Part shown: positions 50,127-60,415 of the stretch, one piece after another
Numbering within the stretch: the first letter of the stretch is position 1
How the letters are laid out: each line of letters opens with the position of its first letter
Source: Chloroflexota bacterium
GTDB lineage: Bacteria > Chloroflexota > UBA11872 > VXOZ01
Reading direction: 5' to 3'
Length of the DNA: 64,000 bases
NCBI GenBank assembly: GCA_964291655.2
Contig: OZ219802.1
Coordinates: forward strand, 1,888,001-1,952,000
The notes under the pieces: generated by a model
Told to the model about the DNA's origin: nothing
The model's database searches: none
What the model saw: only the letters and a program-made list of their open reading frames with translations
Made by a program: the position numbers and the translations under genes

Positions 50127-52118
50127 TTACTCGACGATTACCGCTTCCTGCTGGCCGGCGCGGATCTCGCGGATTTGGTCGCGGAGGAGCGCGGCGCGCT
50201 CGAAGTCCAGGTCTTTCGCCGCTTTGCGCATCTGCTTTTCAAGCTCCTTGATGAGCTTGGCCGACTCCTTGGCCGAGAGCGGTTTGTGCTCCGCCTGATA
50301 GCTCGATTCCTCTTCCGCCACGGCGCGAATGGTATCGGTAATGTCGCGGATCGCCTTGTGCACGCTCTCCGGCTGGATGCCGTGCTGATCGTTGAAGGCG
50401 ACCTGCTTTTCGCGGCGGCGGTAGGTCTCGTCGATGGCCCGGCGCATAGAATCGGTGACGTTGTCGGCATAGAGGACCACGTGGCCGTGGACATGCCGCG
50501 CGGCGCGCCCGATAGTCTGCACCAGCGAAGTCTCGCTGCGCAGGTAGCCTTCTTTATCCGCATCGAGAATCGCCACCAGCGACACTTCCGGCAGGTCCAG
50601 ACCCTCCCGCAGCAGGTTGATGCCCACCACCACGTCGTAGACCCCCAAGCGGAGGTCGCGCAGAATCTCAACGCGTTCGAGAGTGTCGATTTCCGAGTGG
50701 AGGTAGTGCACCTTGATGCCGATCTCGTTCAGGTATTCGGCGAGTTGCTCGGCCATGCGCTTGGTGAGGGTCGTAACTAATACGCGCTCGTGCTGCTCCA
50801 CCCGCTGACGGATTTGGCTGACGAGATGGTCTATCTGTCCGGCGGTGGGCTGGATCTCGATGGATGGGTCTACGAGGCCGGTCGGTCGAATGATCTGCTC
50901 CACCACCTGGCTGCTGCGTTCGCGCTCATACATGCTGGGCGTCGCGGACACGAAGACTACCTGGTTGAGCCGCTGCTCCAGCTCCTGGAACATGAGCGGC
51001 CGGTTGTCAAGCGCGCTGGGCAAACGGAAGCCGTAGTCCACCAGCACCTGCTTGCGGGAGCGGTCCCCGGCGTACATGCCGCGCAACTGCGGCACAGCCA
51101 CGTGGGACTCGTCGATGAACATCAGGAAGTCTTTGGGGAAATAGTCCAGCAGCGTCCACGAGGGATCCCCGGCGCTGCGGCCGTCCAGATGGCGGCTGTA
51201 GTTCTCAATGCCCTTGCAATGGCCGGTCTCGCGCAACATCTCCAGGTCAAAGTGGGTGCGTTGGAGCAGGCGCTGCGTCTCCAGGAGCTTGCCTTCGCGT
51301 TCGAGCTCGGCAATGCGTTCGTCGAGTTCCACCTCGATGTTCTTGACGGCGGATTCGATGCGCTCCACCGGTGTCACGAAGTGGCTCGCCGGATAGATGT
51401 TGATGGCCTGCCGCTGGTCGAGGATTTCGCCCGTGAGGGGATCGATCTCGATGATGCGGTCCACCTCGTCGCCAAAGAAGTCTATGCGTATCGCCGTGTC
51501 GCCATAGGCGGGAAAGATGTCGAGCACGTCGCCCTTCACGCGGTACGTGCCGCGCTTGAAGTCCACGTTATTGCGCTCGTACTGGATGTCGTTCAAGCGC
51601 CGTAACACGTTCTGGCGGCGGTATTGTTCACCCACGTTCAGCGGGACTACCACCTGCCCATAGTCGTGGGGCGAGCCCATGCCGTAGATGCAGGACACGC
51701 TGGCGACGATAATGACGTCCGGCCGTTCCAGCAAAGACCGCGTGGCCGAGAGCCGGAGTTTTTCTACCTCTTCGTTTACGTCGGAATCTTTCTCGATATA
51801 GGTATCCGTGCGGGGAAGGTACGCCTCAGGTTGGTAGTAATCGTAGTAGGAGACGAAGTATTCGACCGCGTTCTCCGGAAAGAAATCGCGAAACTCCGAG
51901 AAGAGTTGGGCGGCCAGAGTCTTATTGGGCGCTAGTACCAAGGCGGGTCTCTGAATGGCTTGAATGACCTGCGCCATGGTAAGGGTCTTGCCGGAACCGG
52001 TGACGCCAAGGAGGGTTTGAAAGGGATATTCAGCATGGCAACCACTGACCAGTTGGTCGATGGCTTCCGGCTGATCGCCGCGCGGCTCAAGCTCTGTGAC
52101 CAATTGAAACGGAGGCAC
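50127..52118 (-). CDS. uvrB: Excinuclease ABC subunit B
   Basis: [65 protein letters not shown]. Confidence 0.98.
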   Translation of the reverse strand: MPPFQLVTELEPRGDQPEAIDQLVSGCHAEYPFQTLLGVTGSGKTLTMAQVIQAIQRPALVLAPNKTLAAQLFSEFRDFFPENAVEYFVSYYDYYQPEAYLPRTDTYIEKDSDVNEEVEKLRLSATRSLLERPDVIIVASVSCIYGMGSPHDYGQVVVPLNVGEQYRRQNVLRRLNDIQYERNNVDFKRGTYRVKGDVLDIFPAYGDTAIRIDFFGDEVDRIIEIDPLTGEILDQRQAINIYPASHFVTPVERIESAVKNIEVELDERIAELEREGKLLETQRLLQRTHFDLEMLRETGHCKGIENYSRHLDGRSAGDPSWTLLDYFPKDFLMFIDESHVAVPQLRGMYAGDRSRKQVLVDYGFRLPSALDNRPLMFQELEQRLNQVVFVSATPSMYERERSSQVVEQIIRPTGLVDPSIEIQPTAGQIDHLVSQIRQRVEQHERVLVTTLTKRMAEQLAEYLNEIGIKVHYLHSEIDTLERVEILRDLRLGVYDVVVGINLLREGLDLPEVSLVAILDADKEGYLRSETSLVQTIGRAARHVHGHVVLYADNVTDSMRRAIDETYRRREKQVAFNDQHGIQPESVHKAIRDITDTIRAVAEEESSYQAEHKPLSAKESAKLIKELEKQMRKAAKDLDFERAALLRDQIREIRAGQQEAVIVE

Positions 52119-52257
52119 GGACTCTCTCCCAAAGCAGCGTGTGAATGACGACTGAGGTAAAGCGCAGAGCGCGCTTGGGGCGACTGGCAGTTGTGCCCAC
52201 TACTCCGTGTATGATACCATAGCATTCGATTCCTCAGAGAAGAGAGGCGGTAGATTC

Positions 52258-52464
52258 GTGCCTAAGATGAAGACGCACAAAAGTACGCGCAAGCGGTTCA
52301 AGGTCAGCGGCACTGGCAAGCTGATGCGGCCGAAAGGGAGCATGAACCACCTGCGCCGCAAGAAGAAGCCGCGTACGCTGCGCATGACGACGCAGTATTT
52401 CGAAGCGCCCGATGGCGAGACAAAGCGCGTCAAGCAACTCCTTCCCGGAGCCGGCATTAAGTAA
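52258..52464 (+). CDS. rpmI: 50S ribosomal protein L35
   Basis: (M)PKMKTHKSTRKRFKVSGTGKL; start placed at GTG 52258. Confidence 0.92.
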   Translation: MPKMKTHKSTRKRFKVSGTGKLMRPKGSMNHLRRKKKPRTLRMTTQYFEAPDGETKRVKQLLPGAGIK

Positions 52465-52747
52465 GTGCCAGTAGCCGCCGTTCGTCCTGAGCCTGCCTGC
52501 CCTGAGCCGGTCGAAGGGTCGAAGGATGAAAAGGCGGGAGAATACACCTGAAGCGAGACGCAAAGCAACGAATGAGAGTAGCGCGGGGGCTTGTCCCCCG
52601 CCGTTCACGCTAAACCCCACCAAGGGCAAGTAGTCCAATTTGGCTGCTTTGCTGAGTCAGAGCGACGGTAGCACAGGATATTGATGTATGGCGCACTAAG
52701 TCGATTACACCAATCCAGCGCTCCTCTGGTTCCCTCTCCCTGGGGAG

Positions 52748-53035
52748 TGTACAGACCGGGGACATAGGTAACAGTTGTTCGGGGACATGGGTTACACATT
52801 TTACTGATTGACACCTACGAGAGCATTGGGTTGGTCCGGGTTTGATAAGAGACTGGCGACACAGTGCACTCACTTTCAGCCTGTCAGCTTGTGCCAGAGA
52901 AACAAACTGTGTGCATAAGGATATTGAGCGGATCTAACTTTCAAGGCAAGGACATCGCATACTACGAAAATCCCCTCGTTCTATGGTGTAACCTATGTGC
53001 CCGAACATGTGTAACCCATGTACCCGGTCTATACA
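52748..53035 (+). mobile_element. IS481-type MITE, family A variant 1 (288 bp)
   Basis: Ends TGTACAGACC / GGTCTATACA, two GG(G/A)CAT(A/G)GGT(A/T)ACA-type repeats per end; 5-bp TSD GGGAG; apparently identical to 62464-62751. Confidence 0.92.
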
Positions 53036-53124
53036 GGGAGAGGGCTAGGGTGAGGGGGACCCCTCAAGTCGACTAGGTTGAACCAGTAAAAGAAACATAG
53101 CAAACACCAAAGAGTAGAGAGACT

Positions 53125-53490
53125 ATGCCTCGAGTAAAACGCGGCGTCACCTCCCATAAACGCCATAAGAAAGTACTGAAGCGCGCCTCAGGCTACTGGG
53201 GCGGCCGCCACCGCCTGTTCAAGACGGCAAATGAAGCAGTAATGCGCGGCATGGCCTTTGCCTACCGCCACCGCCGCACCCGCAAGCGCGAAATGCGCCG
53301 CCTCTGGATCGTGCGCATCAACGCCGCCGCGCGCCAGCACGACCTCTCCTACAGCGCCTTCATGCACGGCCTGCGTGAAGCCAACGTCAACTTGGACCGC
53401 AAGATGCTGGCGGACCTGGCCGTGCGAGACAGCGCGGCCTTTGCCGAACTTGCAAACGTAGCCAAAGGCGCCGTCCCGGCTGCTTCGTAG
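53125..53490 (+). CDS. rplT: 50S ribosomal protein L20
   Basis: [36 protein letters not shown]. Confidence 0.97.
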   Translation: MPRVKRGVTSHKRHKKVLKRASGYWGGRHRLFKTANEAVMRGMAFAYRHRRTRKREMRRLWIVRINAAARQHDLSYSAFMHGLREANVNLDRKMLADLAVRDSAAFAELANVAKGAVPAAS

Positions 53491-53624
53491 AGCATCCCGC
53501 GTACGCGCAACCCGATTCGCAGGCAAGCCCTCTTGATTTACCTGCTGTAGCTGCCTACGTCTTCCGCAGCGAGATTGAACATGCAGACTTGGCCGCACCT
53601 ACGCATGCAAGCTCGACCATGCGT

Positions 53625-53960
53625 TCACGCGCTTTGCACCCTGTCTTCTAGTACGAGCTTGATCCACTCGTTGATGCTCATGCCGCTCTGTAGCGCTGTG
53701 GCCGCCACGCGCTGATGCAAGTCCGATCCGAGCCGCAGCGTGAGTTTTCCAGAGAGCGGTTTGCGTGGCTCCACGCCATCTTCCGCGCACGAGGCTAGGT
53801 ACTCCTCGATTGAAATGCGAAACTCGCGTTTCAGTCCTTCTACGTTAGTGGCCTCGAACGTGACGATGGGATAGGGCCCAGCGTTGACGACCTGTCCATG
53901 CAGAAGCCCTACCGAATCGTCATATTCAACCGTGGCGATGTAGCCTTTATATTCCATCAT
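53625..53960 (-). CDS. HicB-family antitoxin
   Basis: MEYKGYIATVEYD, FRISIEEYLASC, PRKPLSGKLTLRL, MSINEWI (RHH). Confidence 0.88.
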   Translation of the reverse strand: MMEYKGYIATVEYDDSVGLLHGQVVNAGPYPIVTFEATNVEGLKREFRISIEEYLASCAEDGVEPRKPLSGKLTLRLGSDLHQRVAATALQSGMSINEWIKLVLEDRVQSA

Positions 53961-54045
53961 GGCGTCACCCCAATTCGTAGTCAGTCCTTGTGCAGGCGCT
54001 TGTGGTACACTCCCTACCGGGATGGTATAGCATTTCGGAGACTAC

Positions 54046-54189
54046 ATGGGAATTCGGTCACTGCTTTACTGGCTAGCCCGGCTGCTCGGCGACGTGAATG
54101 CCGTGCGCAGAGGACGCATCGGGCAACGCATCGCGCGCCGCGTGGCGGGCAAGGCTGCGAGTCGAGCAATGCGCAAGACACTGCGGTAA
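54046..54189 (+). CDS. Small highly cationic hypothetical protein, 47 aa (below ORF-track cutoff)
   Basis: GGAG RBS then MGIRSLLYWLARLLGDVNAVRRGRIGQRIARRVAGKAASRAMRKTLR*. Confidence 0.65.
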   Translation: MGIRSLLYWLARLLGDVNAVRRGRIGQRIARRVAGKAASRAMRKTLR

Positions 54190-54414
54190 GCAAGGCCGAC
54201 TTTGCCAGCAACTTGGCAGTCCAACCAGATGCCTACCTGCCGGTGTGCTCTCGCAAAGATTACAGCGCCTTCCGGGAAAGGCGCACTCAGTTCAGTAGCA
54301 TGATAGTCAGGCAAAGCACATGTCTTGCCGTCACTCCCCCCATGCTGGCTCTGGACTCGCTAAGGACTGGGATTCTTCCATCACCTGCAAGTACGGTGAA
54401 GGCACATTCGCCTC

Positions 54415-55044
54415 ATGCGCAGACACCTCGGGTTCCTATCGAACACACGCCGGCAGCGGCCCCTTGCCAGTATTGCCAATCTGATCCTGCTAGGCCTCTG
54501 CGTCAGTGTGCTCGCCTGTGGAGGGGATGAAGAGAGCGACTTGGCTGCTGCCGTAACGCCCACCGCCAATGTGGAAGCTAAGGCCACGCCCGTGCTCCTG
54601 GCTACGCTTACCGCTCCGGCCAAGGCTACGTCAACACCTCCGCCCGCTCCCACAGCTTCTGCTGTTCCGTCACCGATACCCTCCCCTGTGCCTACCGCTA
54701 TCCCATCACCAATACCCTCTCCATCTCCCGTGCCTACCGCTATCCCGTCGCCAATATCCACACCTTCCCCAGTCCCCACCGCCATGCCGTCACCATTACC
54801 TTCGCCTTCTCCCGCGCCTACTTCAATCCCGCTGCCTGCTGCAACTCCTTCGCCACTACCGGCTCCTACGGCAATGCCGCAGGGTGACTTCGACGCGCAA
54901 CAATACGTTGGCAAAGGAGATGCATTCAACTGCGGCGACTTCGAGTATCAGTGGCAGGCCCAGGCAGTGCTGGAAGCGGACAAGTCAGACCCAAACCGAC
55001 TGGATAGAGACAAAGACGGCACCGCCTGCGAGAGCCTCAAGTAG
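54415..55044 (+). CDS. Pro-rich lipoprotein with C-terminal Excalibur-like Ca-binding domain
   Basis: VLACG lipobox, PS/PT linker, FNCGDF...DPNRLDRDKDGTACE. Confidence 0.82.
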   Translation: MRRHLGFLSNTRRQRPLASIANLILLGLCVSVLACGGDEESDLAAAVTPTANVEAKATPVLLATLTAPAKATSTPPPAPTASAVPSPIPSPVPTAIPSPIPSPSPVPTAIPSPISTPSPVPTAMPSPLPSPSPAPTSIPLPAATPSPLPAPTAMPQGDFDAQQYVGKGDAFNCGDFEYQWQAQAVLEADKSDPNRLDRDKDGTACESLK

Positions 55045-55198
55045 GGCGAGTTACAGATTTGCCTTAGCCTAGAGTGCGAATTTCACTTAAGTGGTCGCAG
55101 CATCGGCGGGAGAAGGATTTAGAAGCAAATCGAATTGACGATTGAGTCATACGGTATGATGTATGTATGCCGCAATGTGTGCCATTCAGAGGTGTGAT

Positions 55199-55921
55199 AT
55201 GTCGACAAGAAACGATGTCGTCACATTAAAGCTAGATGGAGTAGTGTCATTCCCAGACTTCGCCAGGGCCATTAGCGAACTTAACGAATTGCTGAAGTCC
55301 CTTAGTTCTGAGATTACGGGCAGTGCTGTTTCAGTAGAGTGGAAAGTTATCGAGCTTTCCGCTTCAAGTGCGGCAACTACTTTACAAGGAACTTCCGATG
55401 ACCCAAAGGACGTTCCGTCGCTAATGGCCGCCTACTCCATCGTCGGCCAAGCATTAGAAGATCACTCTGAGATTCCATACTCCGAGGATATCCGCAGACA
55501 TGCTCTTTCAATTGCATCTCTAGTCAATGGCGAGATAACTGCTGTTCACTTCAGCACACCAAGGGCACAGCATATTGTCCGCGAGCCTCCCAAACGGGAA
55601 CAGAAACCAGAAACCGTAGATGCGTTTGGGGCGATAGAAGGACGGATACGGACGCTTTCCGACCGTCAGAACCTCAAATTCACGCTGTATGAGAATCTAT
55701 TTGACGCCCCCGTCATCTGTTACCTTTCTCTTGAAAACGCCGATGAGGCTGCGCGGCTTTGGCGAAAGCAAGTACTTGTCGAGGGGATGATTCGGCGCGA
55801 CCCGAAGACCGGCATTCCGACCCAAATCAGGAGCATCCGAACAATCAATGAGATACCTTCTACTGCTCCTGGCTCTTACCGAGAGGCGCGGGGAGTTTTG
55901 CGAAACGTCGCGAATTCTTAG
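55199..55921 (+). CDS. Hypothetical protein, upstream partner of PIN nuclease
   Basis: Long ORF in AT-richer DNA; start placed at ATG 55199 after GAGGTG; 8 bp from PIN gene. Confidence 0.7.
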   Translation: MSTRNDVVTLKLDGVVSFPDFARAISELNELLKSLSSEITGSAVSVEWKVIELSASSAATTLQGTSDDPKDVPSLMAAYSIVGQALEDHSEIPYSEDIRRHALSIASLVNGEITAVHFSTPRAQHIVREPPKREQKPETVDAFGAIEGRIRTLSDRQNLKFTLYENLFDAPVICYLSLENADEAARLWRKQVLVEGMIRRDPKTGIPTQIRSIRTINEIPSTAPGSYREARGVLRNVANS

Positions 55922-55929
55922 GGGGCGCA

Positions 55930-56412
55930 ATGCCAGATCTTCCAATCTATATATACTGGGACGCCAACTGTTTCTTGCATTACATCAATGACACGCCAGA
56001 GTACATAAACACGCTACAGGGGATTTTGAGCGAGGTAGAGCAGAGCGAGGGGAAGCGCAAGATTGTCACTTCCATTTTGTCATTAGTAGAGGTGGCACAC
56101 TCGGGCCAAGAACTTATCGACCGAACGCTCGACGAGTCGGCACTTAACAATATTGATAAGCTCTTCTATGACAGCAGCGTGGTGTTGCTTGTAGAGTTTA
56201 CGCCGTTCATCGCGAAACAGGCCCGCGGAATAATGAGAATTGGTTTGGAGGAAAGCCTTAAGCGAGATCCACGCGACTGCATACATCTTGCGACCGCTAA
56301 GTACATGAAAGTGTGTGAGGCCCACACTTATGACAAAGCGCTTTGGGCCTATTCAGACCATCTTGGGATCAAAGTTTGCGAGCCGCGTGTCCAGAATCCA
56401 CGCCTCTTCTAA
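55930..56412 (+). CDS. PIN-domain (VapC-like) nuclease
   Basis: IYWDANCF, TSILSLVEV, RDCIHLATA, HTYD acidic catalytic motifs. Confidence 0.85.
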   Translation: MPDLPIYIYWDANCFLHYINDTPEYINTLQGILSEVEQSEGKRKIVTSILSLVEVAHSGQELIDRTLDESALNNIDKLFYDSSVVLLVEFTPFIAKQARGIMRIGLEESLKRDPRDCIHLATAKYMKVCEAHTYDKALWAYSDHLGIKVCEPRVQNPRLF

Positions 56413-56433
56413 GTCAGGAATGCGACAACACCC

Positions 56434-57750
56434 CTAACTTGCCGTATCGCGCTTCTGAACCGTCTTTAGTGCCGCCCGGGCGCGGTCGAGAATCTCGCCT
56501 ATGTCCTCATCGCTGTGGGCGAGCGAGAAGTAGAGCTTCTCACCCGGATTCGTAAGGATACCGGAGCGGAGCAGCTCTTGGGCGAATGCGATGCGCTTGG
56601 TATTGTCGGTCTGCAGGCAGTCGCGGTAGCTGCGCAATTCCCCTTCGCCGAAGAAGACCTGCAGCAGCGGCCCTGCGCCGATGGCTTGCAGCGGCTCACC
56701 AAACTCCCTGCCGAGCGCTTCCAGCCCTTCGCGCACTGTATCGCCAATCGCGTGCAGACGCGCAAAGCTGCCTTCTTCCTGCAGCACGCTCAGGGTTGCC
56801 AGGCCGGCCACGGCGCTCAGGGGATTGCCGCTGAACGTGCCGCCCATCCAGACGTAGCGCGGCGTGCCACGGATAGCCGACGAGACCACCTCCATGATTG
56901 CGGCGGGTCCGGCCACCGCGGCCTGCGGATAGCCGCCGCCCAGCGCCTTGCCGAGCACTGCCAGATCCGGCTCCACGCCGTAGTATTCCTGCGCGCCGCC
57001 CCAGGCCAAGCGAAAGCCGGTGACGATTTCGTCGAAGATCAGCAGCGCCCCGACTTCGTGTGCCAGGTCGCGCACGGCGGCCAGGAAGCCCGGCTCCGGA
57101 TTGAGCGCCCGCTGGAGCGGTTCCATGATGATGGCTGCCAGGTCGTCACCGTGTTGGTGCACCAGCTCGCGGGTCAGGTCGAGGTTGTTGAACTCCGAAA
57201 TCAACACCTGCTCTTGCACCTGCGCCGGGATGCCGCTGCTGTCCGGAATGCCGTGGGGATAGTCGCTGGTGCGGGGCGGCGCGGTGCTCAGGGTGGCGTA
57301 ATCATTGCCGCCGTGGAGCGCGCCTTCGAATTTGAGCACCTTGTTGCGGCCGGTATAGGCCCGGGCGATGCGCACCGCGTAGAAGGTGGCCTCCGTGCCG
57401 GTGCTTACGAAGCGGATCTGCTCGGCGCACGGCACGGCAGCGACTACTTGCTCGGCAAGCCGAATTGCCGGTTCGTTCAGGAGAAAGTACGTCGCGCCCT
57501 GCGCGACCTGTGCCTGCACCGCCGCCACCACCGCCGGATGGGCGTGCCCGATGAGCACGGGCCCCGATCCCAGGATGCAGTCGATGTACTCGCGTCCGGT
57601 CATGTCCCACACGTGGCTGCCGCGCCCGTGGGTGACCACAATCTGATATTCGTCCGGCAGCCGCCACAAGCCGGAACTGCCGCCTGGAAAGTGCTGCCGG
57701 CTGGACGCCAAGAGTTCCTGCTGTGTTGCCGCCATTGACAAAGGGTTCAT
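56434..57750 (-). CDS. Class III aminotransferase (glutamate-1-semialdehyde aminomutase-like)
   Basis: GREYID, GTEAT, LIFDEIVTGFR, PDLAVLGKALGGG, GTFSGNPLS. Confidence 0.88.
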   Translation of the reverse strand: MNPLSMAATQQELLASSRQHFPGGSSGLWRLPDEYQIVVTHGRGSHVWDMTGREYIDCILGSGPVLIGHAHPAVVAAVQAQVAQGATYFLLNEPAIRLAEQVVAAVPCAEQIRFVSTGTEATFYAVRIARAYTGRNKVLKFEGALHGGNDYATLSTAPPRTSDYPHGIPDSSGIPAQVQEQVLISEFNNLDLTRELVHQHGDDLAAIIMEPLQRALNPEPGFLAAVRDLAHEVGALLIFDEIVTGFRLAWGGAQEYYGVEPDLAVLGKALGGGYPQAAVAGPAAIMEVVSSAIRGTPRYVWMGGTFSGNPLSAVAGLATLSVLQEEGSFARLHAIGDTVREGLEALGREFGEPLQAIGAGPLLQVFFGEGELRSYRDCLQTDNTKRIAFAQELLRSGILTNPGEKLYFSLAHSDEDIGEILDRARAALKTVQKRDTAS

Positions 57751-58170
57751 GTTATTGCTTCCTTACGCGAATTATTGCAGACGCTGAGTGCCTATCACAT
57801 GTGTGGATTCCGGCGCAGGCATCGGCTACTTGCACCGGATTGGTGGGGCTGCACACCAATCGCAACCCTCCGGTCGCAGGCTTGCGCCTGGGCCTTGCGC
57901 AAAGTATCTTACCATGCCGCCAATTGACTCCGGTCTCTGCCCCAAGGAGAGCTATGTCCAAACGCTGGATTTGGGGCGTGGATTGGGTGTATGGCAGAGT
58001 TTCGCCCTCACCCCGGCCCTCTCCCCCCGGGAGAGGGAGAAAGAATCTGTGCCCTTGGATGAGGTTTCGAATTGGTCTGCACAAGCGTCGCTAATGGGTG
58101 TGGTGCGAATGGGTTTCTCGACACGTCTGCGGACCCTGACTCCGCGGACGGCAAGAGGCCCAAGACTATG

Positions 58171-59214
58171 CTACGCAAGCACCTCGTCAGCGTGAGCGAA
58201 GAGCGAGGGAATGCCGCCCGTGTGCACGAAGACGACGCGCTCGCCTGGCTTGAAGGTGCCGTTCCGCACCAGGTCGATGAGGCCGGACATGGCCTTGCCG
58301 GTGTACGTGAGGTCGAGCAGGATGCCTTCGGTGCGCGCCACGGTGTGCACCGCCTCGCGGCCCGCGGCGGTGGTAATGCCGTGTCCGGCGCCGAAGTACT
58401 CTTCGCGTACGTCCACTTCATCAGCAGTTAAAGCGCAGGGGATGCCGTAGTAGTGCGCGGCGGTTTGGGAGAGGGCGGCAATGCGCTCGCGCTGCGGCGG
58501 ATTCTGCGGGCGGATGGAGATGCCAGTGACGTGGTAGGGCAAACCCAACGCCTTCACCGTGGCGGCAATGCCGGTGTGGGTGGAGCCGGAACCGGAGGTG
58601 ACGACAATTGTCGTCGGCTGCTCCGGCAGGTGCTGCAATTGCTCGTGCAGCTCCAGCATGCCGCTCAAGTAGCCCACCACGGACTTGACGGCAAGTTCGG
58701 GATACTTGTTCGTGAAGCGGTAGGGCCGCCTGCCCTGGGCCTTGAGCGATTTCACGCGCTCGTCGATGATGGCCTGCACGCCCACGTCGTCGGCATCGGG
58801 CGCGACCTCCACGTGCGCGCCGAAGAGGTGGTCGAGGAGCAGGTTGCCCTGCACGTCCGCCCGGTGCTTTAGCGCTCCCAGAACGAGGAAACACTCCATC
58901 CCTAGTTTCGCCGCGGCCGCCGCGGTCTGGCGGCACTGGTTCGATTGCGGATACGCGCCGGTAATGATGCAGTCCGCGCCCTGGGCGATGGCTTCACCAA
59001 ACAGAAATTCCAGGTTGCGCGTCTTGTTGCCGCCCAGCGCCAGGCCGGTCAGGTCGTCGCGCTTGATGGAGATGTCGGAACCGCCCAGGTGCGCCGTGAG
59101 GCGTGGGCAATTGTCGAGCGGCGTGGGTACATGCGCCAACTGAGCGCGCGGAAGAGCAGCCAGCATCTCGCGAAAGGTCTCCGTCGTGATCGTCGGCTGT
59201 TCCGGAATAGCCAC
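58171..59214 (-). CDS. D-cysteine desulfhydrase / ACC deaminase family PLP enzyme
   Basis: PTPL, IKRDDLTGLALGGNKTRNLE, QSNQCR, SGSGST, LDLTYTGKA, FVHTGG; start placed at GTG 59214 after AAGGAGG. Confidence 0.9.
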   Translation of the reverse strand: MAIPEQPTITTETFREMLAALPRAQLAHVPTPLDNCPRLTAHLGGSDISIKRDDLTGLALGGNKTRNLEFLFGEAIAQGADCIITGAYPQSNQCRQTAAAAAKLGMECFLVLGALKHRADVQGNLLLDHLFGAHVEVAPDADDVGVQAIIDERVKSLKAQGRRPYRFTNKYPELAVKSVVGYLSGMLELHEQLQHLPEQPTTIVVTSGSGSTHTGIAATVKALGLPYHVTGISIRPQNPPQRERIAALSQTAAHYYGIPCALTADEVDVREEYFGAGHGITTAAGREAVHTVARTEGILLDLTYTGKAMSGLIDLVRNGTFKPGERVVFVHTGGIPSLFAHADEVLA

Positions 59215-59837
59215 TGAATGCTGCCTCCTTGGGCATTTCGCAACCCTCATTACCGCTTGAGTACTCAACGCACCGCTACTGAGAGTGAGATCCCCGCTCT
59301 CAGTGGTGCCCCGTTTCGGCGTGCGGGGCAGGCATTGTGCCGTTGTAAGGAATACGCCGGCTTCGTCGTAGATGTGGAATTTGGCAGGAGCGGTGAGAGT
59401 CTCCCCTCACCCCAACCCTCTCCCCAGGGAGAGGGAGCAAACCGCGCGCCTTGGGCCCGAGGGGTAGGAGCACTTCGCGTGCCTTTGGCCCGGGGAGTGG
59501 GAGCATACCGTGCGCCAATCAGGCCACTAAATAGGAGTCGCTATGCGCCCTTGGCTCTACCCCGCAAAGCCTGTTCCGTACCTTGATAGGGAGTCTCCCC
59601 AGGGCATGGGGGTCTTCTTGCCTGCCGACCTTTCTTGTGCAAAGCATGCGGGGTATGCAAAACGGGCTCTCCGCTCGGAATTGTCTAGAGTCTGACCCGT
59701 ACTTGAAGCGGAGGGAGGGATATTCCCTGCCAAGACAACCTACACCGGCCCGCTTGACGGAAATTTGCTCCGCTTGCCTCGCGCCGCCAAATTCGAACTT
59801 CAGCTTTCGCGGCACGTAGGGGCGTTAGCGTCGCTGC

Positions 59838-60305
59838 TCACGTAGTAGTGTTCACGGCGACAGCTTGAAGTTCGGCTTCGATCTGCTCCAGCCGTTCCCG
59901 TACGCGCAGGGAACGCTCGTCAAATTGGTCGCGCATTTCAGCCACCTGGCGCATGCGCCCATCCAGCACTTCGACCTGTTGCTCCAGAATTTCCAAACCC
60001 TTCCGCAAGGAATCCCGCTTGGTTTCCAGGTCGGACGCCTGCTTGCTTTCTTGCCGCAGCAGCTTGAGCGACTCCATCGCCTCCACCACCTGTTTGATTT
60101 CGCGCAATGAAAAGCCCAGCAGGCGCTTGAGCTGCACGATATTCTCCAGGCGGTCAATATCCGCAGCCGAATAGAGGCGGAAGCCGCCTTCCATGCGAGA
60201 GGGCGGCGCGAGCAAACCGATTTCTTCGTAATACCGCAGCGTGCGTGGTGTAAGGCTCAGTTGCTCGGCTACCTCGCCGATTTGAAGATAGCGTTCAGCA
60301 GACAT
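59838..60305 (-). CDS. MerR-family transcriptional regulator
   Basis: LQIGEVAEQLSLTPRTLRYYEEIGLL...GFRLYS...LGFSLREIK; start placed at ATG 60305. Confidence 0.92.
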   Translation of the reverse strand: MSAERYLQIGEVAEQLSLTPRTLRYYEEIGLLAPPSRMEGGFRLYSAADIDRLENIVQLKRLLGFSLREIKQVVEAMESLKLLRQESKQASDLETKRDSLRKGLEILEQQVEVLDGRMRQVAEMRDQFDERSLRVRERLEQIEAELQAVAVNTTT

Positions 60306-60415
60306 AGCAGTCCCCCAGCAGTTCCCCCGAACATGCGCACCATTCTCTGTTCGCACCGTATACCGTTACAGGCACGCCTTAATCATAGGGGGCAGTTTCC
60401 GTTAAAGTCAACGAC

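Noticed and set aside
52809-52840. TTGACA inside MITE-A as an outward or internal promoter
   Set aside because: No plausible -10 hexamer at 16-18 bp in either variant.
52864-53076. Duplicated small ORFs inside MITE-A (52864-53076, 62580-62837 and antisense counterparts)
   Set aside because: No RBS, frames run out into different flanks, and the frame is not evidently conserved in the variant at 41865.
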